Assembly: GCF_044704955.1 (NCBI RefSeq)
Contig: NC_091991.1
Coordinates: 55,242,001-55,306,000 of the forward strand
Direction of reading: 5' to 3'
DNA length: 64,000 nucleotides
DNA from: Pristiophorus japonicus
Taxonomy: Eukaryota
In this document: positions 50,921-64,000 of the stretch, one piece after another
How the letters are laid out: each line of letters begins with the position of its first letter
Numbering within the stretch: position 1 is the first letter of the stretch
Made by a program: the position numbers and the translations under genes
Notes under the pieces: model-generated
Database searches by the model: none
What the model saw: the letters and a program-made list of their open reading frames with translations, nothing else
Told to the model about the DNA's origin: nothing

Positions 50921-51469
50921 TAAACTTCACAAGAGTACAGGTTTGGCATTGGTTTATATTTTTTGCAGATAAATAACTGCTGACACTCACCGTCAAGACT
51001 CGCACTTGAACAAAGCCATTTAGCTGAAGTGCTGAAAGCTGCTAGCCCTCGTTACCACATGGAACTGTACGACAGTAAGGAGCAAGAGAGAAGAAAATTG
51101 GCATGTAAAGAGAATTTAAAAAAAAAACTGTACTAATGAGTGAATACAGGTACATTCCAACATCAATCCTATGAGAACTGGTCAGCAGATTATTCTCCTC
51201 AATAAGGATTGGTAGAATTGGGAAAATGTTTTGCCATAAGGAATTTTTAATTAATCATTTATTGCAGGTTGTCCAAGCTTTGTCCTTGTGGGCCCAAATT
51301 TAAATCCATGTTCCCATTAATCTGCATGTTTCCAAGTTGCAGATCCTGATGTTCTGATTTAGCATTCATTCACCAATGAGGCAGCAGCACAAGAAACTGC
51401 CAAAATCTCCAGGCAGACAAAATTCAAGAATAAACCAGGGAATCAGAAATATATGCACATATAGGACTG

Positions 51470-53710
51470 AGTTACCAGAGCTTCGATGGCCACAGACTGG
51501 ACACCCTGGTTTATTAGATTGACCAGGAGATCCAAGAGCTAATAAATCGCAAGCATAGGGCATTTCTGAACCTAAAACAACAACCCAACTCGGGTGCAGC
51601 AAAGCAGCTTTAGACAGCTTAAGGCCAAGGTCCAACAAAAAACCCGCGACCTAAAGAATAGATGGTGGGTGGAGAAAGCTCAAGAGATTCAGCAGCTGGC
51701 TGACAGTCATGATGTGCGAGGATTCTTCACCGCAGTCGTCCACCTACAGCCCAAGCACCCAAGGCCCCACACCACTGCTGGCCAAGAACGGGGAGACACT
51801 CATCAAGGACACTGAGGCAGTTAGGACCCGCTGGAAGGAGCACTTCGAAGATCTCCTGAACCGAGACTCTGCCTTTGACACCAGTGTCCTCGACTCCATC
51901 CCGCAGGCATGCTACCTGCCACCACCGCAGCAAAACCCCAGCCCTGCACAAGGTAGAAAAGGCCATCCGTCAGCTCAAGAACAACAGGATGGAATCCCCG
52001 GAGAGGCACTAAAGTATGGCAGAGAGACATTATTGGCATGAATGCATAACCTCATCTCTCTCATCTGGAAGGAGAAGAGCACGCCGGGAGATCCGAGATG
52101 CAGTAATCATGACCATCTTTAAAAAAGGGGACAAGTCTGACCGCAACAACGACAGAGGAATCTCCCTGTTATCAGCCACTGGGAAGGTAATTGCTAGAAT
52201 CCTCCTCAACCGTCTTCTCCCTGTGGCTGAGGAGCTCGTCCCCGAGTCACAGGACGGTTTCCGTCCACTACGGGGTACAACGGATATGATCTTTATGGCA
52301 CGACAACTGCAAGAGAAATGCAGGGAACAGCACCAACCCTTGTACATGGCCTCCTTTGACCTTACAAAGGCCTTTGACACCGTCAACCGTGAGGGACTAT
52401 GGAGCGTCCTCCTCCATTTCGGCTGCCCCCAAAAGTTTGACGCTATCCTCCGCCTGCTCCATGACGACATGTAAGCCATGATCCTGACCAACGGATCAAC
52501 CACAGACCCAATTCACGTCCAGACCGGGGTCGAGCAGGGCTGCGTCATCGCCCCAACCCTCTTCGCAATCTTCCTCGCTGCAATACTCCATCTCACTCTC
52601 AACAAGCTCCCCGCTGGAGTGGAACTAAACTACAGAACCAGTGGGAACCTGTTCAACCTTCGTCGTCTCCAGGCCAGATCCAAGACCATCCCATCCTCTG
52701 TCGTCGAGCTACAGTATGCGGACGACGCTTGTGTCTGCGCAAATTCAGAGGTTGAATTCCAAGTCATAGTCAAGATCTTCACTGAGGCATATGAAAGCAT
52801 GGGCCTTACACTAAACATCCGTAAGACAAAGATCCTCCAGCAACCTGACCCCGCCACACAGCACTGCCCCCCCAGTCATCAAGATCCACGGCGCAGCCCT
52901 GGACAATGTGGACCACTTTCCATACCTCGGGAGCCTATTATCAGCAAAGGCAGACATCAACGACAAGGTTCAACACCGCCTCCAGTGCACCAGCGCAGCC
53001 TTCGGCCGCTTGAGGAAGACAGTGTTTGAAGATCAGGCCCTCAAATCTGGCACCAAGCTTATGGTCTACAGGGCTTTGTGATCCCGCCCTCCTGTATGGT
53101 TAAGAGATGTGGACTATATACAGTAGGCACTTCAAATCGCTGGAGAAATACTACCAATGATGTCTCCACAAGATCTTGCAAATCCCCTGGGAGGACAGAC
53201 GCACCAATGTTAGTGTCCTCGATCAGACCAACATCCCAGCATCGAAGCACTGACCACACTCAACCAGCTCCGTTGGGCGGGCCACATTGGGAGTCTTGTC
53301 AGGCATGCGAACAAAGCAAGCGCTCTACTCTGAACTCCTACATGACAAGCAAGCTCCAGATGGGCAGGGGAAATGTTTCAAGGACACCCTCAAAGCCTCC
53401 TTAATAAAGTACAACATCGTCACCGACACCTGGGAGTCCCTGGCCAAAGACCGCCCTAAGTGGAGGAAGAGCATCCAGGAGGGTGCTGAGCACCTCGAGT
53501 CTAGTCGCCGAGAGCATGCAGAAATCAAGCGCAGGCAGCGGAAGGAGCGTGCAGCAAACCAGACTCCCCACCCACCCTTTCCTTCAACGACTGTCTGTCC
53601 CACCTGTGACAGAGACTGTAATTCCCGTATTGGACTGTTAAGTCACCTAAAAACTCATTTTTAGAGTGGAAGCAAGTCTTCCTCGATTTCGAGGGACTGC
53701 CTATGATGAT
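51470..53710 (+). mobile_element. RTE-clade LINE, 5'-truncated, frameshifted
   Basis: RGISLLS, GFRPLRGTTD, FDLTKAFD, QGCVIAP, YADD, terminal CCHH finger, ATGATGAT tail. Confidence 0.92.
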
Positions 53711-54759
53711 AATTGTTGGATTCTGTGGCAGCTCCTTGTTTTCTCCTTCCCCATATTAGATTTTACTTTCTACCAAGACTAACAATGGCATGTCAGGGTA
53801 TTTAAAGATAATAAAGCAGTTTAAAACATCCGGTTCAAATTATAGGGAACAAGGTTGACAAAGATGGTCAGTTCATTTTTTTTGCACTCCCTACCCCTGA
53901 ATGCAGACTTCAAAAGAAATTCACAATGTTGAAATTGTATTTCATCCTTTGTTCTACGTGGACTTTTTTGTAATTTATTCCCTATTACAGCACATGGAGG
54001 CGAGGGATGTTAGCATTTAGGAGAGGTACATATTCATGTAGAGGGGTAAAACTGACAATTATTCCCAACTTAAATACAAGATGTAGGGTAATGTCGATTT
54101 CAGAAGAAAAACCCCAAACTATACTAGTGTATTATTGCCATTTCTCACATTAGCCACAATTCTGACTTGGATCAAATTGCTAATTTAGTGCCAGATTACA
54201 GGTAGTTTTATGCTATGACCTACACTCACTAGGAACTGGGTTGAAATTAACAAAGCCCAGGAGATAGGACTCTTGCAGCTTGCAGACAGAAATGACTTTT
54301 ATTCTAATAATCTGGAATAAAAGCAAAAATGATTTTAATGCACAGCAGGTTGATAATTTGAAACACGTCACTGATAAAGATATGCAACACATGATTGGCT
54401 CATGCCCACAGCACTTATAATGCTCTTTCACAATTCACCAATCTGAGTATACATTATGTCAAGGCATTTAAAGTGGAATCAGGATCCATGCTGCATTGAC
54501 ATGGAAGATGCTAATGTTGAGGATTAAGATTTCATACTTTGAACCCAATGAGGATCAAAGCACTGCAGGACTGTTTAAGCTGAAAAGCAATATTGACACA
54601 GGCTAAAGGGTAATGCTCCAACAGAACCTCATCCAGCCCAATACGCAGATAAACTGGCCTGGGTTTTCTAATCATAATACCAATGATGACAGATTTCAAA
54701 TGAATAGGTTACTATTTGCATTGCAATGGGAAAATTTTGTCAATGTGCAAGTGTCCCCT

Positions 54760-55671
54760 TTAGGTGCCAACAAGCACATCTGTGCTCGTCAGTTTTCCAC
54801 AGTCTTTCAAGTACTGCATGATGTGTGGCCGTCTTCGCCAGGTTGCTTTGAGTCCGTATTCATGCTCTGGAGTGTCCTGCACCAAAACCTTCGCAGACAG
54901 GGATTCTTCAGAAAAGTCATCTTTTAGACCAGAGCAGATGTCCAAGCAGTCCTGCAGTCTACCATGGAAAGGAATCACATTGTGTCTGTCGGATGCCCTG
55001 TCCCTTAATCCACCAATACTTTTCCTCAAACTGCCAGTTGAAAGTAACCCATCAATTGTGGGAGTGCTAACTTGTGGCAGGATGAATTCCTCATCGGATG
55101 ATTGAGCCAAGTGATCAGAAAGGGAGATCTCCTTATTACCAGAGTCTGCATCAGTTTGGCAGTTGATACAATACACTGGAGGACTGGACCTGGAGCATTT
55201 CACAGAACTATGAGGTATATTCCACCCCGTACTTTTCGCACAGTTCATTTTACCAACCAAGATGCCCTTTGCTACAGACCCTTGCCTGCATTTGAGCTTC
55301 TGCCCCAAAACATCTGAATTCTGAACTCTTCCAAAGGAACGGTCAACTCTACATCCTTGGTAGGTGCTTCCCACAAATGAAGTTTTATTTGTTGGCAGTC
55401 TAGCTTGTGTATGAGTTCCAACTTTGTGGCAGGTGCTAAGCTGAACTTTGTGATTCTCCTTCTGAACAGGTAACTCATCGCTGCCCAGCAAGGTCAAGGG
55501 GACAAAGTTAATGTGTGCTTTTCTCACAGCTCCTGCTTTTGGTGCAGCACTTTGTTTCTTCTTACAGTTCCTACGTTGCTGTGCTGCACTGTCAGATTTG
55601 TTAATACATTTGTGTTGTTCTCGTCTTGGTCCTTGAACTGTCGTGTCTGAAGACTCAAACTGTGGCAACAC
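54760..55671 (-). CDS. RHNO1: RHNO1 last coding exon (303 aa)
   Basis: Acceptor cccttccAG at 55672-55673; starts VLPQFES; C-terminal VLVQDTPEHEYGLKATWRRRPHIMQYLKDCGKL matches recalled human VLVKDTPEDKYGIKVTWRRRQHLLAYLRERGKL. Confidence 0.93.
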   Translation of the reverse strand: MLPQFESSDTTVQGPRREQHKCINKSDSAAQQRRNCKKKQSAAPKAGAVRKAHINFVPLTLLGSDELPVQKENHKVQLSTCHKVGTHTQARLPTNKTSFVGSTYQGCRVDRSFGRVQNSDVLGQKLKCRQGSVAKGILVGKMNCAKSTGWNIPHSSVKCSRSSPPVYCINCQTDADSGNKEISLSDHLAQSSDEEFILPQVSTPTIDGLLSTGSLRKSIGGLRDRASDRHNVIPFHGRLQDCLDICSGLKDDFSEESLSAKVLVQDTPEHEYGLKATWRRRPHIMQYLKDCGKLTSTDVLVGT

Positions 55672-56284
55672 CTGGAAGGGTTGAGCGGAAGAAACACAAT
55701 AGATATCAGATTACACAAAGTAGCAAGACAGTTTCTACCTTCCCTCCCTCACAACAAATGCACTATTTTACATGAATATCGATCAACAGAACCATTTAGT
55801 TTCATCTTAATCCAGGAGAATAAACCTTGGATGATTGATTAACTCCTTGAAGTGATGCTGCTTTGAAATATACCGCACGGTAAATCTACAAATTTAATAC
55901 TTGTGGAATATGTATTTTAGAGGAACGATGTAGTATTTTAGTTACATGCTATTGTCCATGTGCAATACACACACACTTAATAAATCTAGATTTATTTTTT
56001 TGAAATTGAAAACAATTTACTCAATAATTTACAGTATTTCTCCACTAAATACAGGTATGGGGGCAGCAGTGAGTTTCTTCAGTGAATGACTGACATTGTA
56101 GATCTGACCATAAAGACACACAAATTGATTGCTATGGACCTGTGCCAATTACAATGCTGTTTCACAATCTGACAATCTAAATCGACACTGTCAAGACATT
56201 TAAAGTTGCATAGGGGATCATACTGTATTGTGGTGGGGGATTCTAGTGTAATCTTAATACTAAAAAGCACAGAAAATAACACAC

Positions 56285-56449
56285 CCAAGTGAACGAAGAA
56301 CTTTGGTCAACTGGCACACAGGATGCTTGGCGGGGGTTTGCCGCAGATGGTAGAGACAACACTTGCATGGACTTCTCTCCCTTTTGTGGACTTTCCAGAA
56401 ATAGCAACGGTGGCCTCTTGGATTGGCTGGGCTTCTTCTTGCGGGGCAT
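56285..56449 (-). CDS. RHNO1: RHNO1 first coding exon (55 aa)
   Basis: ATG at 56449; MPRKKK..RPPLLFLESP...PVDQSSSFTW, phase-0 GT donor at 56284; joins to give TW|VLPQF (human TSWVSPDF); upstream acceptor at ~56470. Confidence 0.92.
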
Positions 56450-56534
56450 CAAGCACCCAACATCTTGGCCTTGGTAGTCATAGGAATAGAATTTAAAAAA
56501 ATTTTCATTAAAATAATAAACTGGGTTTCTTTCA

Positions 56535-56620
56535 CGCAATAGCTCAGTGGGTGAATGCACTGAAACACAGAGATCAAGATAGCCCCAGTTTTGATTCCTG
56601 ATCTCTGCTGAATTAGTAGA
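56535..56620 (+). mobile_element. Degenerate tRNA-derived SINE head
   Basis: A-box TAGCTCAGTGG and B-box-like TTGATTCC. Confidence 0.4.
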
Positions 56621-56884
56621 TTTCAAGCAATGGAGGTGCTACAATTTTTGGGAGGGATGTGTGTGTAGCGTGTGCTTGATCATAGTCCATTTACATCTGC
56701 TGGAAAAATAAACACACATTGCTGGACAGAGTTGGAGTCAGCCACAAGAAAAATGTAATCTTTTCTACAAGGTACACTTTATGGAACCTTTAAAAGGCAA
56801 TAGTACAAGAATTTATCTAGGAATGAGTGTGAACTTCAAATTCAGTTGGAGGGTGAGAAAGTTAGTTCTCAAACCATAGTCCTA

Positions 56885-59010
56885 AGCTTAAATAAAAGGA
56901 GACTACAAAGGTATGAGGGCAGAGTTGGCTAAAGTGGACTGGGAAAATAGATTAAAGTATGGGACGGTTGATGAGCAGTGGCAGACAGTTGAGAAGATAT
57001 TTCATAACTCGCAACAAAAATATATTCCAATGAGAAGGAAAGACTGCAAGAGAAGGGATAACCATCCATAGCTAACTAAGGAAATAAGGGATGGTATCAA
57101 ATTGAAAACAAGGGCATACAATGTGGCCAAGATTAGTGGGAGGCCAGAGGATTGGGAAATTTTGAAAAGCCAACAAAGAACGAGTAAAAAAAAAAGAGGG
57201 GAAAGATAGATTATGAAAGTAAACTAGCACGAAATATAAAAACAGATCGTAAGAGTTTCTACAGATACATAAAAAGAAAAAGAGTGGCTAAAGTAAATGT
57301 TGGTCCCCTAGAGGATGAGACTGGGGAATTAATAATGGGGAACAGGGAAATGGCAGAGACGTTGAACAAATATTTTGTATCGGTCTTCATAATCAAGGGG
57401 CTATAGGGAGGGAGGAACTTAATACAATCACTATCACTAATGAAGTAGTACTCGGTAAAATAATGGGATTAAAGGCGGACAAGTCTCTTGGACCTGATGC
57501 TTTACAGCCTAGGGTCTTGAGAAGTGGCTGCAGAGATAGTGGATGCATTGGTTGTAATCTACCAAAATTCCCTGGATTCTGGGACAGTCCCAGCAGATTG
57601 GAAAACCGCAAATGTAATGCCCCTATTTAAAAAAGGAGGCAGACAAAAAGCAGGAAACTATAAATGAGTTACCCAACATCTGTCGTTGGGAAAATGCTGG
57701 AGTCCATTATTAAGGAAGCAATATGAGACATTTGGAAAAGCATGATTCAATCAAGCAGAGTCAGCATGGTTTTATGAAAGGGAAATCATGTTTGACAAAT
57801 TTGCTGGAGTTCACTGAGGATGTAACAAGCAGGGTGGATAAGGGGGAACCAGTGGATGTGGTATATTTAGATTTCCAGAAGGCATTCGATAAGGTGCCAC
57901 ATAAAAGATAAAAGTTCACAGGGTTGGGGGCAATATATTAGCAAGGATAGAGGATTGGCGAACTATCAGGAAACAGAGAGTCGGGATAAATGGGTCATTT
58001 TCAGGTTGGCAAACAGTGACTAGCGGGGTGCCACAGGGATCGGTGCTGGGTCCTTAACTATTTACAATCTATAATAATGACTTGGATGAAGGGACCAAAT
58101 GTAATGTAGCCAAGTTTGCTGATGATACAAAGATGACTGGGAAAGCAAATTGTGAGGAGGACACAAAGAATCGGCAAAGGGATATAGAGGGACTAAGTGA
58201 GTGGGCAAAAATTTGGCAGATGGAGTATAATGTGGGAAAATGTGAGGTGATCCACTTTGGCAGAAATAATAGAAAAGCAAATTATAAATTAAATGGAGAA
58301 AAATTGCAAAGTGCTGCAGTACAGAGGGACCTGGGGATCTTTGTGCATGAAACACAAAAAGTTAGTATGCAGGTACAGCAAGTAATCAGGAAGGCAAATG
58401 GAATGTTGGCCTTTATTGTAAGGGGGATAGAATATAAAAGCAGAGAAGTCCTGCTATAACTATATAGGGTATTGGTAAGGCCACACCTGGAGTACTGCGT
58501 ACAGTTTTGGTCTCCATATTTAAGGAAGGATATACTTGCATTGGAGGCTGCTCAGAGAAGGTTCACTAGGTTGATTCCAGAGATGAGGGGGTTGACTTAT
58601 GAAGGTAGGTTGAGCCCATACAGTTTGGAGTTCAGGTGATCTTATTGAAACATATAAGATAATGAGGGGGATCAACAAGGTGGATGCAGAGAGGATATTT
58701 CCACGCAGGGGACATAGTCTCAGAATAAGGGACCGCCCATTTAAAATTGAGATGAAGAGTAATTTCTTCTCTGAGGGTTGTAAATCTATGGAATTCTCTG
58801 CCCCAGAAAGCTGTGACGGCTGGGTCATTGAATATATTTAAGGTGGAGATAGACAGATTTTTGAGCGATAAGGGAGTAAAGGGTTGTGAGGAGTGGGCAG
58901 GGAAGTGGAGCTGAGTCCATGATCAGATCCGCCATGATCTTATTGAATGTCGGAGCAGGCTCGAGGGGCCAAATGGCTGCCTTCTGCTCCTATTTCTTAT
59001 GTTCTTATGT
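56885..59010 (+). mobile_element. CR1 LINE, older degenerate copy (in the presumed RHNO1 intron 1)
   Basis: KSCLTNLLEF, YLDFQKAFDKV, KFADDTK, (TTCTTATG)n tail. Confidence 0.9.
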
Positions 59011-59549
59011 AATTGTAACTCCTGCCTGCCAAATTGTAACAACAGCATCAATGAAGATGACAAATATTTTGCTTTTGTTCAGAAACCAAAGAAATATGTT
59101 TGTCCATGGTATTCCATGTAATAATATCCCTCCCTCTATTAGCAAAGAAGTACTGCTGCAGTTCATTAAAAATATATATACACAAGGGGCTTTACCCTTG
59201 AACAAGCTACACACAATATAGGAGATGCTTAAATGTACACTGTACTGAAATAATGTGTCCCATTTTTACAGCAGCTCTCCATGTCAGAATTGACAAAATC
59301 CTGAGGGCACAGCCTGCTTTAAATGAACATTTTATTACTAATCCCGGTCACAGAATTATTTAAATAATTTCAATAATGAGCAGCATTGATTAAAGCAGAG
59401 TCCAATGGGACTTTCACAACAAGGTAATAAGATACATTATAAAAAGGAAACAATGAATGACTGTAACTGCACACCATTGTCCAAAAGGGGACTCACTAAC
59501 ACTTTAAATAAGTAAATTCAAATAGGGTTAGATAAAAAAATTGTATTTG

Positions 59550-59905
59550 TAAGGCACCTCATCACATTTCTTAGGAATGTCTCAAAGTTTTACATATAAT
59601 GAATTACTGTGAAGTGCACTGCCTATTTTGCAGCCATTTTCACATGGTACGATCCCACAAATAGCAACTGGATGAGTGATCGATTATTCAATTTTTGCTG
59701 CTGTTTGTCAAGGGAGGACTGATGGCTGGAATATTGAGAGAACTCCCTGTTCTTCTTCAAACAGTACCGTGGGATCACGAACATGTAAATAGCATCTCAG
59801 TTTGATATCTTATTCAAAAAGTGTCAGCCTAATTCATGTACTAAAGTCCTGGTTTAAATCCACAACCTTGTGACTCAAACAAAAGAGCTACCAACTGAGT
59901 AAAGT
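59550..59905 (-). mobile_element. DeuSINE (AmnSINE1/SacSINE1-like) remnant
   Basis: Resembles the recalled Deu domain: GATCCCACAAA..., GAGAACTCCCTG.TCTTCTTCAAA.AGT.CC.TGGGATC; tRNA-like head (CTACCAACTGAG) at ~59890. Confidence 0.55.
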
Positions 59906-59989
59906 TGATGCTGTTTGCAGTTCTGCTTACCTATTCATAGGAAGAATATTATTGGGCTTCAGTCGCAAGCAACAAATATTATTTTGGAT

Positions 59990-60415
59990 ATAAAGAACTT
60001 AAGTTATTAAGAAAAGTTAAGGAAATTGGGTTTTCTCTTTCAAAAAAGAGGATTCTGAAGTGATCTAATTGAAGATAAAGGGATTCGACAGGATAGACAG
60101 AAAAACTATTTCCTCTAGTGGGGGAATCCAGAACAAGAGGGCATAATCTTAAAATTAGAGCTAGGCCAGTCAGGAGTAAAATCAGGAAACATTTTTCCCC
60201 CCACACAAAGTGTAGTGGAAATCTCTTCCCACAAAAGGCTGTGGATGCTGAATCAATCGAAATATTCAAAACGGAGATTGATAGATGTTTGCTCTGTAAG
60301 GGTATCAAGGGATCTGGAGCAATGGCGAGTAAATGAAGTTGCAGTACAGATCAATCATGATCTAATTGAATGGTGCAACAGGCTTGAGGGGCTGAATGGC
60401 TGACTCCTGATTTTA
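59990..60415 (+). mobile_element. Old CR1 3' fragment
   Basis: GESRTRGHNLKIR...FKTEIDR and a CR1 3' UTR. Confidence 0.8.
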
Positions 60416-62238
60416 TGATGGAGGCATATGATGAAAGGGGCTATGTGTAGGTATTGTCTGAAGAGAGGACAGGCTTGTTGGGCCTAAAGATTTTGTTGAA
60501 GTTGTTAAAAATTCTTATATCCCAATTAGTCCAAGGACAGTTGAGCAGTGAGAGATGCTCGTAGTCTTGAGGCTGAGGCCTCTATGAATCTAACTGGGCA
60601 ATTACAGAATAAAATCATTTTAAAAAAATGCACATAAATCTGCTTCTCCATTTTCAGGTCTCGAGTATTTCAATATTATAACTTTTAACCACATAAAGCC
60701 AGTGTAGCAGCTTATTTTTGGAGTGACATTACTCAGTTTAGGATTTATTTTGGGTCACTATTGCGTAAGATCGACAGACATAGATGGATTTAAGAAATAA
60801 TCCAAGTGGCATTGCCTGAGGGCAGTGGCTGCATCTCAGTGTCAGAACGAGTTTAAGTTCCCAGCATGTTCCACTTCCCCAGTGATGTCAGAGATTCAAT
60901 AGAAACATACAAATTTACAGCGCAGAGGCTATTTCGGCTCATCGTGTCCGCGCTGGCCGACAAAGAGCCGTAACGGCCCTTGGTCAGCAGCCCTAAAGGT
61001 TACATATAAACCTATAAACAATGACTGAAATGCAAAGAACACCCAACCCAATCAGTCCGCCTCACACAACTGTGGCACCCCTTATACTGAAACATTCTAC
61101 ACTCCACTCCAACCGGAGCCATGTGATCTCCTGGGAAAGGCAAAAAAACACAAATGCTAAAACACAAATTCTCAAACAAGATAATTCGCACCCATATAAA
61201 GCCGATTTGTGCCTGAACAGTCAGTTCCTTATTGAGATAAAAGTTTTTATTTACCTGTCTTTTAAATTAGTGTTCTCAACAACTCTGATGTATCCAACTG
61301 GATGGCACGGTTGGTCTCTTCCCACCTGATATTTTAAGTGTTCTGCATCAAATTGGGAAGATATGATGAAACATCACTTATCACAATGCCCAACCTCTGA
61401 ATTTAACACTGTTCCATTACAATAAATGAACGTTAAGGATATGCTGCCTTCCAGCTTACAATCAACTTAAATCTTTCATGAGACCCCTCAATCTCAAATG
61501 ATGCAACGAGCTGTGCTTTACTGGGCTATTCCTGCTTAATGATGCAGCTCCACCTCCCTGAATGTACTGTACCAAACAGTTGGGAGGCTGGGCAACTCAT
61601 TTCTGTGTATACATTTTAATAATTTGTTTTTGCCTGGGCTATGCTGGATCATAAGCTATGGGCTGGGCCCAGTTCTGATGAAAGATCATCGGCCTGAACG
61701 TTAACTCTATTCCTCTCTGCGCAGATGCTGCCTGCCCTGCTGAGTATTTCCTGTATTTTGTGTTTTCATTTCAGATTTCCAGCATCCCCATTACATCAGT
61801 TGCTCTCTTTCTGCTATACTATTCCATCATCATCATCATGGATGAGATAAGCATGTTATATTAATGTTACGTCTCTCAATGTATTCTGCTACCTATGCAT
61901 TGTCTATAGAATACATTCCAGCTAAAATTACAATGTTAAACAGGCTTATAGATGCAGAACTATCTTGATTGCATGAACTCCTTCCTCCCTGTATAACCTG
62001 TGCTCTTCCAGTCTCAGTAGCAGTGTGCTGCAGGCTCGAAGGGCCGAATGGCCTACTCCTGCACCTATTTTCTATGTTTCAATTTTCTATGTCCTCCTTG
62101 TTCCGTGGTCGCAGTCCAAGCTCTGTGACCCCAGCTGTACTGTTTTAGGCTGTTGTTCTCCCGGGGAGCTAGTACCGGGAGTCCTGGACAGTGCTGGTGC
62201 ACACCATCCCTGGCTCAACCATGTAACAATAAGCCCAG

Positions 62239-62269
<31 letters not shown>

Positions 62270-62339
62270 GTTCTCGTTCTGTCGGTCTGTCCCAGGCTGT
62301 ACTTTCTCGAATTAACCGGCACTATTCCTATCCTTCAAA

Positions 62340-63080
62340 TGTTCCATACTCGACTGTTCCTGTTGGGTCTCTGGGTGCACCCCGCCGGCCCCAACAGTCA
62401 AATGCTCCGCTGCTTCCTATTGGCCCGCAGCACCTTCCAACGTCCCGACCAACTTGGTGCTTTGAGATCGCCCATTGGTCGGCTGCACCCCACCTGACCC
62501 CCATGGCGCTATTCAATTGGTCCATGCTGACAGAACGCTGGAAATTCAAAAAACATCGGACAAGCTGCAAACTGAAACAAAAAAAACCCGACAGCGGAGA
62601 TTCCGGGGCCTGGACAGAGCGGCGACCATCGCCTGGACACTGAGATACCCAACCCCCGGGGCCCGACCAGAGCGGCGACCATCGCCCGGACAGGGAAATA
62701 ATAACCCTCCGGGGCACGGGCCGACGAGATAGGCCACGGGACATCAGCCTAGCCAGGGGCCGAAGGAGAGACAAGCCGCACAGGAAGCTCGGGCCGGGGC
62801 ATTGATATCCCTCCCCAGGAGCGGGAGGAGGAAGCGGGCTGGAGCTGGAGTCGGATCCGCTGTGCGGAGCCCGGTAATATGCAGGTGAGAGCGGGGCCTG
62901 TGTGCCGCGGCGAGGTGACAGTCCCCGCCCCCGGGCCTAATCACATTAGCTTCAGGCTAAAAAAAACTGTAACAACGGCCCTGGGTTCCAGAGCTTCCCC
63001 GCCCGGCGGTTTGTTCCCCGCCCGACCGCCCGCCATCCGATGCTGCTGCTTTGGTCCCAGCGCACACTTGCTCCCGGGTT
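62340..63080. promoter_or_regulatory. CpG-island bidirectional promoter, probably FOXM1(+)/RHNO1(-), with a candidate non-coding exon 1
   Basis: Inverted CCAAT boxes at 62419, 62474 and 62516; TTCAAA (reverse CHR) at 62545-62550; plus-strand donor CAG|GTGAGA at 62885; upstream of RHNO1. Confidence 0.62.
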
Positions 63081-63169
63081 AGGGATGAGGCAGGCTGCCC
63101 AGTGCCATCTTACTGTTACCCAATTTACATTACATTGTCGCTGGATCTGTAAAGAAAGCTCAGCCCTTT

Positions 63170-64000
63170 GACGTAGATTGGGCCTATACTCTCTGGAGCT
63201 TAGAAGAATGAGAGGTGATCTCATTGAAACATAAGATTCTGAGGGGGATTGACAGGGTAGATGCTGAGAGGTTGAGTCCCCTGGTTGGAGAATCTAGAAC
63301 TAGGGGGCATAGTCTCAGGATAAAGGTGGGCCATTTCTGACTGAGATGAGGGAGAATTTCTTCCCTCAGAAGGTTGTGAATCTTTGGAATTCTCCATCCC
63401 AAAAGGCTGTGGATGCTGAGTCGTTGAGTATAGTCAAGGCTGAGATAGATAGAATTTTGGACTCTAGAATAATCAAGGGATATGGGGATCGGACGGGAAA
63501 GTGGAGTTGAGGTTCATGATCAGCCATGATCTTCTTGAATGGCGGAGCAGGCTTGAAGGGCCACATGGCCTACTCCTGCTCCTAATTCTGATCATAGAAA
63601 TTTACAGCACAAAAGGAGGCCTTTTCGGCCCATCGTGTCTGTGCCAACCAACAAGCGGCTATCCAGCCTAATCCCACTTTCCAGGTCTGTAGTCCTGCAG
63701 GTTAAACGGGTCCTTTTCAGAATGGCAGGCAGTGACTAGTGGAGTGATGCAGGGCTCAGTGCTGGGACCCCAGCTCTTTACAATGTACATTAACAATGTA
63801 GATGAAGGAATAGAGTGTAATATCTCCAAGTTTTCAGATGACACTAAACTGGGTGGCGGTGTCAGCTGTGAGGAGGATGCTAAGAGGCTGCAGGGTGACT
63901 TGGACAGGTTAGGTGAGTGGGCAAATACATGGCAGATGCGGTACAATGTGGATAAGTGTGAGGTTATCCATTTTGGGGGCAAAAACACGAAGGCAGAATA
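63170..64000 (+). mobile_element. Cluster of CR1 fragments (3' end 63170-63590, antisense tail ~63592-63680, RT fragment 63705-64000)
   Basis: LGLYSLELRRMRGDLIET; QGSVLGPQLF..KFSDDTKL. Confidence 0.85.

Noticed and set aside
56450-56626. 59-aa N-terminal extension of RHNO1 in the ORF track
   Set aside because: Non-ATG start; it crosses a splice acceptor (~56470) into intronic/SINE sequence, and homology begins at ATG 56449.

Overview
Repeat-dominated vertebrate genomic DNA, most likely a cartilaginous fish judging from the CR1/L2/RTE/Penelope/DeuSINE repertoire (inference). One host gene is clearly readable: RHNO1 (minus strand, coding exons 56285-56449 and 54760-55671). A GC-rich CCAAT/CHR promoter at ~62.4-63.1 kb fits the FOXM1/RHNO1 bidirectional promoter, and an RFX X-box promoter at ~26.0-26.35 kb fits TULP3; both assignments rest on synteny only. 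The rest is nested mobile DNA: several CR1 LINEs, L2 and RTE fragments, a two-LTR class I ERV (tRNA-Leu PBS, RT deleted, atypical short env), two Mag-like Gypsy elements, and a two-gene PIF/Harbinger transposon with MITEs. The most striking observation is two short Tx1-like retrotransposon copies sitting head-to-tail at the same 14-bp site inside a CR1 ORF2 (23038-23959), a candidate CR1-targeting, sequence-specific hyperparasite. All calls were made by eye, without database searches.
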